Assembly (NCBI GenBank): GCA_031262405.1
Contig: JAISHS010000033.1
Location: 10,863-74,862, forward strand
Direction: 5' to 3'
From: Oscillospiraceae bacterium
GTDB lineage: Bacteria; Bacillota; Clostridia; Oscillospirales; Oscillospiraceae
Length of the DNA: 64,000 bases
Shown: positions 11,918-21,370 of the stretch, piece after piece
Position numbering within the stretch: position 1 is the first letter of the stretch
Layout: every line of letters begins with the position of its first letter
Notes under the pieces: model-generated
The model's database searches: none
What the model was told of the DNA's origin: nothing
The model's input: the letters and a program-made list of their open reading frames with translations, nothing else
Translations under genes and position numbers: made by a program

Positions 11918-12937
11918 TTCATTTACCAGTGACTCAAGAAATAGCATAGCGAGCCTCGGGATGGTTTCGAAATCCTCGATTTTCGCGACGCTTATGGGGG
12001 CGTGCAGACTGCGCACGGGAGCGGAAATCGCGGCTGTAGCGACCCCCGCGCCGCTGCGCTGGATGACTTGAGCGTCCGTGCCTCCGGCAATGAGACCCTT
12101 GGTCTGCCATTTGATATTGTTTGCGTCGCAGAGCGCGGTGAGCGCCGAATAAAGCTCGCGGCTGTACATTGCTCCCTTGTCCATATAGGGCAGGACTAAG
12201 CCTTCGCCGAGGCGGCAGACGGTTTTCCCCTCCGGCACCTCCGGCAGGTCGGCGGCGGTCGTACTCTCGATTATAATCGCGACGTCAGGATTTAGCCGCG
12301 CGGAGGCGACCTTCGCGCCGCGCGCGCCGACCTCCTCCTGAGCGGTGAAAACAAAGTCGCAGTCAAGAGGAAGCTCACTCTCTATGAGCTTAATCAGCGC
12401 GGCGCAGCCTATGCGGTCGTCGAGCGCCTTCGCCGCAAGGAATCCCTCGCCGAACTCCGTGACTTGGTCGGAAAAGACGCCGACATCGCCGAGGCAGACC
12501 AGCTCTAAGGCGCTCTTGCGGTCGGGCGCGCCGACGTCGATATACATAGCGGAAAGGCTCGGGATTTTCTTCTCCTCCTCGCGGCTGACAAGGTGATGAG
12601 CCTTAATGCCGATAACTCCCGGCACGCGGGCGAAGCCGAGGCAGACGCGCTTTCCGATGGCGACGCGGCGATCGACGCCGCCTATGAAGTCGAAGCGCAA
12701 GAAGCCGTCGTCGTCGGCTCCGGTTATGATAACGCCCACCTCGTCCATGTGCGCGAAGAAGGCAACGCGCTTGTCTCCGGGGACTTTGCCCTTTTTGTGC
12801 ACGATGAGATTGCCTAATGAGTCCGTTTCAAGCTCGTCGGCGTAGGGTAAAACGCGCTCTAGGATATAGTCGCGCACCTCGTCTTCAAAACCGGAGACCC
12901 CGCTCAGCAGACAGAGGGTTTTAGTCGTGTCAAGCAT
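11873..12937 (-). CDS. M42 family metallopeptidase (glutamyl aminopeptidase / FrvX-like)
   Basis: FAHMDEVG motif and M42 layout. The last ~16 codons and the TGA stop are encoded by the REP element. Confidence 0.8.
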   Translation of the reverse strand: MLDTTKTLCLLSGVSGFEDEVRDYILERVLPYADELETDSLGNLIVHKKGKVPGDKRVAFFAHMDEVGVIITGADDDGFLRFDFIGGVDRRVAIGKRVCLGFARVPGVIGIKAHHLVSREEEKKIPSLSAMYIDVGAPDRKSALELVCLGDVGVFSDQVTEFGEGFLAAKALDDRIGCAALIKLIESELPLDCDFVFTAQEEVGARGAKVASARLNPDVAIIIESTTAADLPEVPEGKTVCRLGEGLVLPYMDKGAMYSRELYSALTALCDANNIKWQTKGLIAGGTDAQVIQRSGAGVATAAISAPVRSLHAPISVAKIEDFETIPRLAMLFLESLVNETPPSFHATPPSFRA

Positions 12938-13967
12938 TTTGCGCCTCCCTTCCCGCCGCGAGGACGAATTCGGTTACGAGCCTAACGCAGCACTCGGCGT
13001 CTTTTAGGGAAACAAGCTCCGACGGGGTGTGCATATAGCGCAGGGGCAGGGAGATAAGCCCCGTGGGAACGCCCGTGCGGCTGACTTGAATCACCCAGGC
13101 GTCCGTGCCGGAGGAGCCGGGGAGGACCTCTGTCTGGACGGGAATTTCTTTTTTTCGCGCCAGCTCCAAGAGCTTTCCCGAAATTTCGCGGCTGAGATTC
13201 GGTCCCACGCCGACGGCAGCACCGGCGGCGAGCTTCACGGTCTCGCCCTTTTTGGAGTCCGGCGTGGCGGCGTGGGTCACGTCCAGCACGAGGGCTCTGT
13301 CCGGCCTTAGAGCAAAGGCGCCTGTTTGAGCTCCGCGATATCCCAGCTCCTCCTGTGTGCTGATGAGCAGGGAGACGTTGACGGCGAGCTCTTTCTCGGC
13401 GAGCTCTTCCATTGCCTTTATGAGAATCGCGACACAGGCTCTGTTGTCCAGAGCCTTGCCGAGGAGCCGCTCCCCCGCGAGAAGCTCGGGCGCCTCGTCG
13501 AAGACGGCGGCGGTACCGAGCGGGATTTTCGCCTTCGCGGCCTGCTCACTCAGGCCGACGTCTACGAAGAGCTTGTCCGCAGAAACGGCCTCGTCTTCTT
13601 CCCCGGTTTCCTGAATGTGCGGGGGCAGGGCTTCTATGACTCCGAAGATCGGCGGATTTGTAAGAATTCGCAGACGCTGCGCCGGAAGCACTCGGGGGTC
13701 CACGCCGCCGATTTTGGCAAAGCGCAAAAAGCCCGCCTCGAAGCCAGTTATAATCAGTCCGATTTCGTCCATGTGCGCCTCGAGCATGAGCTGCTCGGCA
13801 TCAGGTACGCCGCAGCGTTTTACGGCGAGAAGGTTTCCGAGGGCGTCGGAGGCTATTTCGTCGACGTAGGGTGCGAGCAGCTCCTGCACACGGGCAAAGA
13901 CGCTCTCCTCAAAGCCGGAGGGAGCCGTAGCGGCGGACAGCCGCGTTATCAGGTCGTATAGCTGCAT
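12930..13967 (-). CDS. M42 family metallopeptidase (paralogue)
   Basis: EAHMDEIG motif and similar architecture. It overlaps the downstream paralogue by 8 nt. Confidence 0.8.
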   Translation of the reverse strand: MQLYDLITRLSAATAPSGFEESVFARVQELLAPYVDEIASDALGNLLAVKRCGVPDAEQLMLEAHMDEIGLIITGFEAGFLRFAKIGGVDPRVLPAQRLRILTNPPIFGVIEALPPHIQETGEEDEAVSADKLFVDVGLSEQAAKAKIPLGTAAVFDEAPELLAGERLLGKALDNRACVAILIKAMEELAEKELAVNVSLLISTQEELGYRGAQTGAFALRPDRALVLDVTHAATPDSKKGETVKLAAGAAVGVGPNLSREISGKLLELARKKEIPVQTEVLPGSSGTDAWVIQVSRTGVPTGLISLPLRYMHTPSELVSLKDAECCVRLVTEFVLAAGREAQNA

Positions 13968-13970
13968 TAT

Positions 13971-15353
13971 CTACTCCAATTCCTGTACAATCTTGCGGAA
14001 GCACTCGCCCCGCTGCATGAAGTTTTTAAATTTGTCGAAGGATGAGCAGGCGGGCGAGAGGATTACAATGTCGCCGTCCTTGGCGCTTTTCGACGCCGCG
14101 AGAACGGTCTCGGTGAAGTCGTCGATGACATAAATCGGCAGGGTGAGACGGTTGTAGCCCGGGGTGTCGAGCACCGCCTGTTTTATGCGCTCGGCGGTCT
14201 CGCCGGTGAGATAGAGCGCCTTTACGCGCTCGACAATCTCCGTGCCCAGAGCGTCGAAGGGAATGTGCTTATCGTGTCCCCCGGCGATGAGAATCGGCTT
14301 TACCTTGGTAAAGCAGCGCAGCCCCGCGATTGTGCGCGTGGGCGAGGAGGCTATTGAGTCGTTGTAATAGCGCACCCCGCGAAGAGAGCGCACCAGCTCG
14401 ATTCTGTGGGGCACTCCGGGGAAGGTGCGGGCGACATGGCGGAAGGCGCTGTCTGGGATATAGCCGTCGAGGGCGGCATAAGCCGCCAGGTAGTTGTCGA
14501 TGTTGTGGCGGCCGGGGATAAGTATAACCGCGGCGGGCATAAGCTCATTCACCTCATAGTTGCGCGCGGAATACATAACCTCCTCGAGGCAGAAGGCCCC
14601 CGAGGGCACGGAATGGGTGTTGCTGAAAAGCCGCACCTCGGCGCGGGTCTCCTCCGCGAAGCGGGCGCAGTGCTCATCGTCTGCGTTGAGAACCAAGCGG
14701 CAGGAGGCGTCCTGATTGAGGAAGATGCTGCGCTTGGCGCCTACATAGTCCTCAAAATCGGGGTGGACGTCCAGATGATTCGGCGAGACGTTGGTTATAA
14801 CCGCGATATCCGGGCGGCATACCATGCTGTGCAGCTGAAAGCTCGACAGCTCCAAGACGGCAAAGTCCGAGGGGCTCATCTCCGGCACGCGGCTCAGCAG
14901 CGGCGCGCCGATGTTGCCGCCGAGAAAGACGGTGTATCCGGCTTCTTTGAGAAGCTCTGAGATTATTGTTGTGGTTGTGGTCTTGCCGTCGCTGCCCGTG
15001 ACGGCGATAGTCTTGCAGGGGCAGACGGCGAAAAAGACCTCCATCTCGCTCGTGACTATGCTGCCGCGCTCGCTTGCGCGCCTTAGCTCCGGTGTGAAGG
15101 GGTGCAGCCCCGGTGTGCGAAAGATTACGTCCTCGGTGAGATCGTCTAAATATCCCGCGCCAAGAACGAGCTTCACCCCGGCGGCGCTCAGCGGCGCAAA
15201 GTCCTCAAAGTCGCGCTCTTCGCGTTTATCGCGCACTGTAGGCTCAAGGCCGCGCTCCAAGAGCAGCTTCACCAGCGGGATGTTTGAAACGCCGTAACCC
15301 ACCACCGCTATGCTCTTGCCGGAGAGGGAGCCAAAATATTCATCCAAGGTCAT
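13971..15353 (-). CDS. murD: UDP-N-acetylmuramoylalanine--D-glutamate ligase
   Basis: VVGYGVSN Rossmann-like N-terminus and P-loop GSDGKTTTTT. The start is taken at MTLDEYF. Confidence 0.85.
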   Translation of the reverse strand: MTLDEYFGSLSGKSIAVVGYGVSNIPLVKLLLERGLEPTVRDKREERDFEDFAPLSAAGVKLVLGAGYLDDLTEDVIFRTPGLHPFTPELRRASERGSIVTSEMEVFFAVCPCKTIAVTGSDGKTTTTTIISELLKEAGYTVFLGGNIGAPLLSRVPEMSPSDFAVLELSSFQLHSMVCRPDIAVITNVSPNHLDVHPDFEDYVGAKRSIFLNQDASCRLVLNADDEHCARFAEETRAEVRLFSNTHSVPSGAFCLEEVMYSARNYEVNELMPAAVILIPGRHNIDNYLAAYAALDGYIPDSAFRHVARTFPGVPHRIELVRSLRGVRYYNDSIASSPTRTIAGLRCFTKVKPILIAGGHDKHIPFDALGTEIVERVKALYLTGETAERIKQAVLDTPGYNRLTLPIYVIDDFTETVLAASKSAKDGDIVILSPACSSFDKFKNFMQRGECFRKIVQELE

Positions 15354-15760
15354 AAAGATCTCCATCCTTTTATATCAATCGGGCGCAAACCCTAATACTA
15401 ATATCTGCCAAGGTATTATATCGTAATATGCAAAATTTTACAACACTAATATGCCGAGAGCTTTTTGTGTCCTAAGGGGAAGCAAAGAATTGTTGTCAAA
15501 AAGTCTTGCATAAATTTGGTGAATGAGTTAAAGTGTGTGAGGCGACGAGGGTCCGCCGGACGCGCAGGTGTATCCGATGGGTTGCATCACGGCGCCGGAT
15601 TCAGGCCGGAACGACGAAAGGATCATTGAGAGTCCCTTCGCCGATCCGACCTGTAATAGCTATCGTGACATTTCAGAGCTGCCCGCGCATATCTTCAGTG
15701 AGATGGTACATCTTTTCAAGGTGTATTAGGCCTTGGAGGAAAAAGAAGGCAGAATTTTTC

Positions 15761-15789
15761 TTGCGCGAAATCCGAAAGTAATGTACAAT
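15761..15789 (+). promoter_or_regulatory. Sigma-A-like promoter for rpe (TTGCGC-17-TACAAT, TG immediately upstream)
   Basis: Hexamers read directly. A ~160-nt leader with two hairpins follows. Confidence 0.4.
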
Positions 15790-15949
15790 GGACACGTGGT
15801 ATGCCCAGAAGCTCGGGGACGGCAGCGGCCCGTTGCCGTCCCCGTATATAAAAGCCTTCGCTTGCGCTCCGGCTATAAGATACTATGCCGCGCCGGAGCT
15901 TATCGTCACTCAGTGGACAAGCAGCGGCCTCACGGGAGGACAACGATTC

Positions 15950-16612
15950 ATGATTAAAATTGCCCCATCTATTCTCACTGCGGATTTTGCGCGGCTGGAA
16001 CACGAGATAAAAGACCTAGAAATCGCGGGTGCAAATTATTTACATCTTGATATTATGGACGGCTGCTTCGCGCCCAACATTACCTTCGGCGCGCCTGTCG
16101 TCCGCTGCCTTCGTCCGATAACCGCGCTGCCCCTGGACGCCCACCTCATGGTCGAGCGTCCCGTGCGCTATGTGAGGGATTTCGTAGAGGCGGGAGCCGA
16201 TATTATCAATATACATGTCGAGTCCGACACTCATGAGAATATTCTCGCGGCGCTCAGCCAGATTAAGGCCGCGGGATTGCGCGCCGGACTGACGCTCAAG
16301 CCCTTTACCTGTCCCGCGGCGATTGATGAGTATCTGGAGCTTGTCGATCTGATCCTCGTTATGACGGTTGAGCCGGGCTTCGGCGGGCAGAAGTTCATGC
16401 CGGATATGCTGCATAAAATTGAGCGGCTTCGCAAGACGCTTGACTCACGGGGGCTCTCTGCGGAGCTTGAAGTAGACGGCGGCATCAACCCCGAGACGGC
16501 AAGGCTCTGCAGAGACGCCGGAGCGGACGTTTTCGTCGTGGGCAGCGCCCTGATAAAGCAGGACGACCGCGCGGCTTATATGAAAGAATTGAGAATAGCA
16601 ACTGATTTTTAG
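15950..16612 (+). CDS. rpe: Ribulose-phosphate 3-epimerase
   Basis: MIKIAPSILTADF is the canonical Rpe N-terminus, with RBS gggagga 8 nt upstream. The 54-codon upstream extension in the ORF track is not Rpe-like. Confidence 0.9.
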   Translation: MIKIAPSILTADFARLEHEIKDLEIAGANYLHLDIMDGCFAPNITFGAPVVRCLRPITALPLDAHLMVERPVRYVRDFVEAGADIINIHVESDTHENILAALSQIKAAGLRAGLTLKPFTCPAAIDEYLELVDLILVMTVEPGFGGQKFMPDMLHKIERLRKTLDSRGLSAELEVDGGINPETARLCRDAGADVFVVGSALIKQDDRAAYMKELRIATDF

Positions 16613-16624
16613 GAGAAACCGACC

Positions 16625-17224
16625 ATGGCATATTTCCCCGCACCGCTGGAAAACCTCATAGACTGCTTCGCCGCCCTGCCGGGAATCGGCAAAAAGAGCG
16701 CCCAGCGCCTTGCCTTTCATGTCCTCTCCCTTCCGGAGGGGCGCGCCGAGGCCTTCGCGGCGGCAATTATGGAGGCCAAGAGCAGCGTTCACACCTGCCC
16801 CGTCTGCCAGAATCTCACGGACGGCGAACGCTGCGCTATATGTGAGGACGACCGGCGCGACAGCACTCTTATCTGTGTCGTCGCGGAGCCGCGCGATGTG
16901 CTCTCCTTCGAGCGCGCTCGGGAATTCGGCGGGGTCTATCATGTGCTGCACGGGGTGATGAGCCCCATGAACCGCATCGGGCCGGACGATTTGAAGATTT
17001 CGGAGCTTGTCGAGCGCATCGCCGGAGGGCAGGTGCGCGAAGTGATTATGGCGACGAACCCCGATACGGAGGGCGACACCACGGCGATGTATATTTGGCG
17101 GCTGCTGAAGCCCTTCGGCGTCAAGGTCACGCGTCTTGCCTACGGCGTGCCCGTCGGGGCGAACCTTGAATATGCCGACGAAGCCACTTTAGCGCGCGCG
17201 CTGGAGGGGCGACGGGAGATGTGA
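16625..17224 (+). CDS. recR: Recombination protein RecR
   Basis: HhH N-terminus LPGIGKKSAQRLAF, Zn finger CPVCQNLTDGERCAIC and a Toprim domain. Confidence 0.9.
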   Translation: MAYFPAPLENLIDCFAALPGIGKKSAQRLAFHVLSLPEGRAEAFAAAIMEAKSSVHTCPVCQNLTDGERCAICEDDRRDSTLICVVAEPRDVLSFERAREFGGVYHVLHGVMSPMNRIGPDDLKISELVERIAGGQVREVIMATNPDTEGDTTAMYIWRLLKPFGVKVTRLAYGVPVGANLEYADEATLARALEGRREM

Positions 17225-17242
17225 GCGCGGCGCGGCGCGCGC

Positions 17243-17295
17243 AGATAATAGATAATAGATAATAGATAGATGTTGTCGCGCGGAGCGCGACAACA
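17243..17295 (+). repeat. Heptamer array (agataat x3, agataga) plus a 10-bp GC hairpin tgttgtcgcg/cgcgacaaca
   Basis: Read directly. It lies 19 nt after the recR stop. Confidence 0.9.
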
Positions 17296-17407
17296 TTATA
17301 AAAGTGTACTCGCGTGGGGCGAGTAAATCAGAAATTTTCATTATATTCGCGAAAATATCGGGATATAATGTGTTTGCTACATAACAACTTAAGGAGAAAA
17401 TTTTTTA

Positions 17408-19066
17408 ATGGCGGCAAAACTAAAGATAATTCCTCTTGGCGGTCTCAATGAGATTGGCAAGAATTTAACCGTGTACGAATACGGGGACGATATTTTGGTC
17501 GTAGACTGCGGCCTGGGCTTCCCTGATGAAGAGATGTACGGGGTTGACATTGTCATACCCGATATCACGTATCTCGTGCAGAACAAGGAGAAAATCCGCG
17601 CCTTCGTGTTCACCCACGGACACGAGGACCACATAGGGGCTATCCCCTATGTCCTGCGGCAGATAGACGCGCCGATTTACGCCACGCGCTTGACGGCGGG
17701 GCTCATTGAGATTAAATTGCAGGAGCACGGGCTGCTCGAGACCACGAAAATCGTCACCCTCGAGGCCGGCGAGAGCTTCCGCGCGGGGGTCTTCGGTGTA
17801 GAGCTGATTCATGTTAACCACAGCATTCCGGACTCCGTTGCGCTCGCGATTAAGACGCCGATTGGCATGATTGTCCACACCGGCGACTTTAAAATAGACG
17901 TTACGCCCATAGATATCGACCTCATCGACCTCACGCGCTTCGGCGAGCTGGGCAAGCAGGGCGTACTCATGCTACTCTCGGACTCGACGAACGTCGAGAA
18001 GCCCGGGCACTCGGACTCTGAGCGCAAGGTTGGCGCGCGCTTTGACCAGCTCTTTAAGGACTGCGACAAGCGGATTATAATCACGACCTTCGCCTCAAAT
18101 GTCCACAGGGTGCAGTCTATCATAAACAGCGCCGCGAAATACGGCAGGCGCGTCGCGATAACCGGACGCAGCATGGAGAACATTATGCGCGTCTCGACGG
18201 AGCTGGGCTATATGAAGGTTCCCAAGGACACGCTCATCGACATCAACCAGATTTCGCAGGTGCCGCGCGACAAGCTTGTTATCATAACCACCGGCAGTCA
18301 GGGCGAGAGTATGTCCGCGCTATACCGCATGGCGTTTTCCGGGCACAGGCAGGTTGAGATTACAAGCTCTGACCGCGTGATTATCTCCGCTTCGGCGATT
18401 CCGGGCAACGAGAACACGATTAGCCGCGTCATAAACGAGCTGTTCCTCAAGAGCGCGGAGGTTATTTACGACCGCTTAGACGAGCTGCACGTCTCCGGCC
18501 ACGCCTGCATGGAGGAGCTGAAGATGATGCTCGCGCTCGTCAGACCGAAGTTCTTCATGCCGGTGCACGGCGAACAGAGGCATCTGCACCGCCACGCGGA
18601 GCTGGCGCGGTTCATGGGCGTCGAGCCCAGCCATATTGTAATCGGCGATCTGGGTAAGATTGTCGAGGTGACACGCAAGAGCGCAAAGCTTGCCGGAAGC
18701 GTCACGGCGGGCAGAGTTCTCGTGGACGGCACCGGCGTCGGCGACGTGGGCAGTGTTGTGCTCCGCGACCGGCGGCATCTGGCTCAGGACGGAATGCTCG
18801 TCGTGGTTATGACTCTCTCGGCGGAGGACTCGACCCTCATCTCGGGGCCGGACATCATCACGCGCGGCTTCGTCTATGTCAAGGAGTCCGACGCGCTCAT
18901 GGAGGAGCTAAAGCGCGTGGTGCTCGAGAGTCTCGACGGCTGCGAGCGCTGCAACATCACCGACTGGGCGACCATCAAGGCGAAGGTGAAGGCGAATCTC
19001 TCCGGCTATCTGTATAAGCAGACCAAGCGCAGCCCGATGATCCTGCCGGTAATCATGGAGGTTTAA
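17408..19066 (+). CDS. rnj: Ribonuclease J
   Basis: Metallo-beta-lactamase motif THGHEDHIG, a beta-CASP domain and an RNase J C-terminal domain. 552 aa. Confidence 0.9.
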   Translation: MAAKLKIIPLGGLNEIGKNLTVYEYGDDILVVDCGLGFPDEEMYGVDIVIPDITYLVQNKEKIRAFVFTHGHEDHIGAIPYVLRQIDAPIYATRLTAGLIEIKLQEHGLLETTKIVTLEAGESFRAGVFGVELIHVNHSIPDSVALAIKTPIGMIVHTGDFKIDVTPIDIDLIDLTRFGELGKQGVLMLLSDSTNVEKPGHSDSERKVGARFDQLFKDCDKRIIITTFASNVHRVQSIINSAAKYGRRVAITGRSMENIMRVSTELGYMKVPKDTLIDINQISQVPRDKLVIITTGSQGESMSALYRMAFSGHRQVEITSSDRVIISASAIPGNENTISRVINELFLKSAEVIYDRLDELHVSGHACMEELKMMLALVRPKFFMPVHGEQRHLHRHAELARFMGVEPSHIVIGDLGKIVEVTRKSAKLAGSVTAGRVLVDGTGVGDVGSVVLRDRRHLAQDGMLVVVMTLSAEDSTLISGPDIITRGFVYVKESDALMEELKRVVLESLDGCERCNITDWATIKAKVKANLSGYLYKQTKRSPMILPVIMEV

Positions 19067-19121
19067 GGGCAGATAATAGATATTAGATATTAGATATAAT
19101 GAGCCGCGCATTGCGCGGCTC
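19062..19121 (+). repeat. Heptamer array (tttaagggc, agataat, agatatt x2, agatata) plus hairpin gagccgcgc/gcgcggctc
   Basis: Read directly. The RNase J stop TAA (19064-19066) is in the left flank of the element. Confidence 0.9.
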
Positions 19122-19170
19122 AGTTTGAATGTAATGTTGTGTTGGCTTGGAATTATGGGGAGTAATGACT

Positions 19171-19593
19171 ATGAAAGCAACTGATAAGCGCGGCAGGTGG
19201 GTTATGATTGCAACATTTATCCTGTTAGGGCTGTCGTTGTGGGGAAATGTTGTTCAAGCGACTTGGCCAGAGAAGGAGTATTCCATCGTTGGCACTTTCA
19301 CTGAGAAGAGCGAGGTGCTGCCGCCGGATAGGTACTACTATGCCTTCGTGTCTGACGGCACGTTTCAATTTTATCAAAATGGAGTCGTTCTCGGGAGTGG
19401 CAATTATTCTCTATTGGATGAGGCGGAAGGGATATACGCCATCGAGGACTTCCATCGAATAGATGGTGATTACCTGCTTATGTTCCGGGACGGCAAGCTG
19501 TATCGCTTGGGAAACGGATCCTACGTTGTATATGAAAAAATCATAGACTCACCGCAGCTTTTGGGCGACGACGCACCACGCTACGTGGAATAA
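19171..19593 (+). CDS. Hypothetical membrane-anchored or secreted protein
   Basis: N-terminal hydrophobic segment WVMIATFILLGLSLWGNVV. RBS ggggag lies 8 nt upstream of ATG 19171. G+C looks lower than its neighbours. I recognised no family. Confidence 0.5.
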   Translation: MKATDKRGRWVMIATFILLGLSLWGNVVQATWPEKEYSIVGTFTEKSEVLPPDRYYYAFVSDGTFQFYQNGVVLGSGNYSLLDEAEGIYAIEDFHRIDGDYLLMFRDGKLYRLGNGSYVVYEKIIDSPQLLGDDAPRYVE

Positions 19594-19602
19594 GGAGAAT
19601 AT

Positions 19603-20010
19603 ATGAAAAACATTGTACTTTACTATTCGTTTACGGGGCATAGTCGGGAGTTTGCGGAGGCTTTCGCGAAGGAGCACGGCTATGAGGCGACCGAGGTGAC
19701 GACGCCGAAAAAGCACGGCATGGCGTATGCCTTTATCATCGGCTGCCCGAAGTCGCTCTCCGGCGGCTCCGTCGCGATTAAGCCGCTCGCGCTGAGCCTT
19801 GAGGACGTGGACGAGGTTCACGTTTTCGCGCCCGTCTGGGCAGGCTGCTGCGCTCCGGCGATGAACACCGCGCTCAAACAGCTTCCGAAGGGCACGAAGG
19901 TCTATATGCACATGGTCTCCTCCGGCGGCGAGAGCAACCGCTCTATGATTGAGGGTTATTTGGAGCATTGGGGGCTCAATCTCGCGGGCTTCGAGGACAT
20001 AAAGGGCTGA
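19603..20010 (+). CDS. Flavodoxin-like protein
   Basis: MKNIVLYYSFTGHSREFAE is a flavodoxin-type FMN phosphate loop. 135 aa. Confidence 0.65.
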   Translation: MKNIVLYYSFTGHSREFAEAFAKEHGYEATEVTTPKKHGMAYAFIIGCPKSLSGGSVAIKPLALSLEDVDEVHVFAPVWAGCCAPAMNTALKQLPKGTKVYMHMVSSGGESNRSMIEGYLEHWGLNLAGFEDIKG

Positions 20011-20035
20011 ATTTTGCATAGCGCGTCGAAATTGC

Positions 20036-20063
20036 TTGACAAGCCTGTTAAATAATGTATAAT
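20036..20063 (+). promoter_or_regulatory. Strong sigma-A promoter of the rpsF operon (TTGACA-16-TATAAT)
   Basis: Both consensus hexamers were read directly. Confidence 0.7.
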
Positions 20064-20180
20064 ATTAAGGCTTGCTCTTAGGGGCTAGGGATTCAAACCC
20101 GTGTCGCCTGTCGGCGCCTCTAGGCAAGCTATCCTTGCTCATGCTCAGACATGGGCCACAGTCCAGAAGGAGGTGCTCAA
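20064..20180 (+). promoter_or_regulatory. 5' leader of rpsF (candidate S6:S18-binding autoregulatory leader)
   Basis: A ~115-nt GC-rich leader lies between the consensus promoter and rpsF. An rpsF-leader RNA motif is known in Firmicutes. I did not verify the structure. Confidence 0.35.
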
Positions 20181-20477
20181 ATGGCAAAGACAACCGAAAA
20201 GTACGAGCTGATGTACATTATCAAGCCGGATCTCTCTGAAGAGGATACCGCCGCGATAGTCGAAAAGTTCAAGGCGCTCGTCGAAGAACACGGTACGATT
20301 GACGAGCTTGAGCTGATGGGTAAGCGTAAGCTCGCCTATGAGATCAACTATATCGCTGATGGCTACTATGTTCTCGTAAAGTTCACATCCGCCCCGGATT
20401 TCCCGGCGGAGCTCGATCGCGTTCTCGGCATAACCGACAGCGTGATTCGCAGTCTAATAACCGTGCGTTACGAATAA
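20181..20477 (+). CDS. rpsF: 30S ribosomal protein S6
   Basis: MAKTTEKYELMYIIKPDL is the canonical S6 start, with RBS aaggagg. Confidence 0.95.
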   Translation: MAKTTEKYELMYIIKPDLSEEDTAAIVEKFKALVEEHGTIDELELMGKRKLAYEINYIADGYYVLVKFTSAPDFPAELDRVLGITDSVIRSLITVRYE

Positions 20478-20488
20478 GGGAGGAGCTT

Positions 20489-20941
20489 ATGCTGAACCAT
20501 ATCTCGCTTATGGGTCGCCTGACGCGTGACCCGGAGCTTCGCTCTACCCCATCCGGGACAAGCGTTGCTTCCTTCACCCTGGCAGTTGACCGGGACTTTG
20601 CCTCGCGCGAGAGCGGAGAGAGGCAAACTGATTTTATCGACGTCGTGGCATGGAGACAGACGGGCGAATTTGTGTCCAAATACTTTCAAAAAGGGAGCAT
20701 GGCGGTGGTTTCCGGCAGGCTTCAGATTCGTGACTGGCAGGACAGAGACGGAAACAAGCGCCGCAGCGCCGAAGTCGTCGCCGAGAATGTTTATTTCGGC
20801 GAGAGCAAGCGGCGTGAGGGCGACGGCTCGTCTAATCGCGGAGAACCCGCGCACCGCTATTCCGGCGGCGGCTTTGCCGCGGAGAATAAGGGCTCTAGCT
20901 TCTCGGAGCTGGACGACGGCGACGGAGATCTGCCGTTCTAG
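20489..20941 (+). CDS. ssb: Single-stranded DNA-binding protein
   Basis: OB-fold N-terminus MLNHISLMGRLTRDPELR and an acidic tail ending DGDLPF. Confidence 0.95.
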   Translation: MLNHISLMGRLTRDPELRSTPSGTSVASFTLAVDRDFASRESGERQTDFIDVVAWRQTGEFVSKYFQKGSMAVVSGRLQIRDWQDRDGNKRRSAEVVAENVYFGESKRREGDGSSNRGEPAHRYSGGGFAAENKGSSFSELDDGDGDLPF

Positions 20942-20996
20942 TTGAGGGCTTGCTGTTACAATTACAACAATTAAATAACGATAGGAGGTAAAAACC

Positions 20997-21254
20997 TTGG
21001 CATACGAGAACAATAATAACAACAGAGACAGAAACAATAAAAATCGCAAGCGCAAGAAGGTCTGTCAGTTTTGCGCGGATAAGAGCTCATATATAGACTA
21101 TAAGGACACCGCTAAGCTGCGCCGTTTCCTCTCCGAGCGCGGGAAGATTCTTCCCCGCCGCACAACCGGAACCTGTGCCGCGCATCAGCGCGACCTGACC
21201 GAGGCCATCAAGAGGGCGCGTCAGGTGGCTCTGCTGCCCTATGTGCTGGATTAA
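20997..21254 (+). CDS. rpsR: 30S ribosomal protein S18
   Basis: [10 protein letters not shown]...[17 protein letters not shown]. The TTG start has aggagg 8 nt upstream. The N-terminus is Asn-rich. Confidence 0.9.
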   Translation: MAYENNNNNRDRNNKNRKRKKVCQFCADKSSYIDYKDTAKLRRFLSERGKILPRRTTGTCAAHQRDLTEAIKRARQVALLPYVLD

Positions 21255-21273
21255 GTAGTCTGAATTTATAACC

Positions 21274-21316
21274 AAAAGTTGGAGCACGGCGAGAGCTGTG
21301 CTCCAACTTTTATTTT
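21274..21316 (+). terminator. Rho-independent terminator of rpsF-ssb-rpsR
   Basis: agttggagcac / gtgctccaact stem followed by ttttatttt. Confidence 0.8.
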
Positions 21317-21370
21317 GTCCGCCGACCGGAAAAGAGTGCTTTCTCAGTCGGCGTTAATTATAATCTTTCT

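Noticed and set aside
15540-15650. Partial resemblance of ggattcaggccggaacgacgaaagg to the SRP RNA helix-8 motif (CAGGUCCGGAAGGAAGCAGC). There is also a partial resemblance of acgcgcaggtgtatcc to the c-di-GMP-I riboswitch core.
   Set aside because: Only about two-thirds of positions match. The GGAA tetraloop stem cannot form, and the second halves of both motifs are absent or out of order. The region is kept only as an unexplained gap.
15788-15949. A 54-codon in-frame N-terminal extension of rpe.
   Set aside because: MIKIAPSILTADF at 15950 is the conserved Rpe N-terminus and has a good RBS. The extension has no Rpe similarity and overlaps a promoter-like site and hairpins.
17243-17270. I checked whether the tandem AGATAAT arrays could be CRISPR arrays or minisatellite coding repeats.
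   Set aside because: The units are 7 nt with no spacers, only 4-8 copies occur, and no cas genes are present. That is incompatible with CRISPR architecture. On the forward strand every frame is closed, so they are not coding repeats.
20997-21060. The unusual Asn-rich N-terminus of S18 ([21 protein letters not shown]).
   Set aside because: S18 N-termini are variable, basic and disordered. The conserved core (KKVCQFC...) follows directly and the RBS supports the start. This is probably lineage-specific low complexity, not an anomaly worth pursuing.
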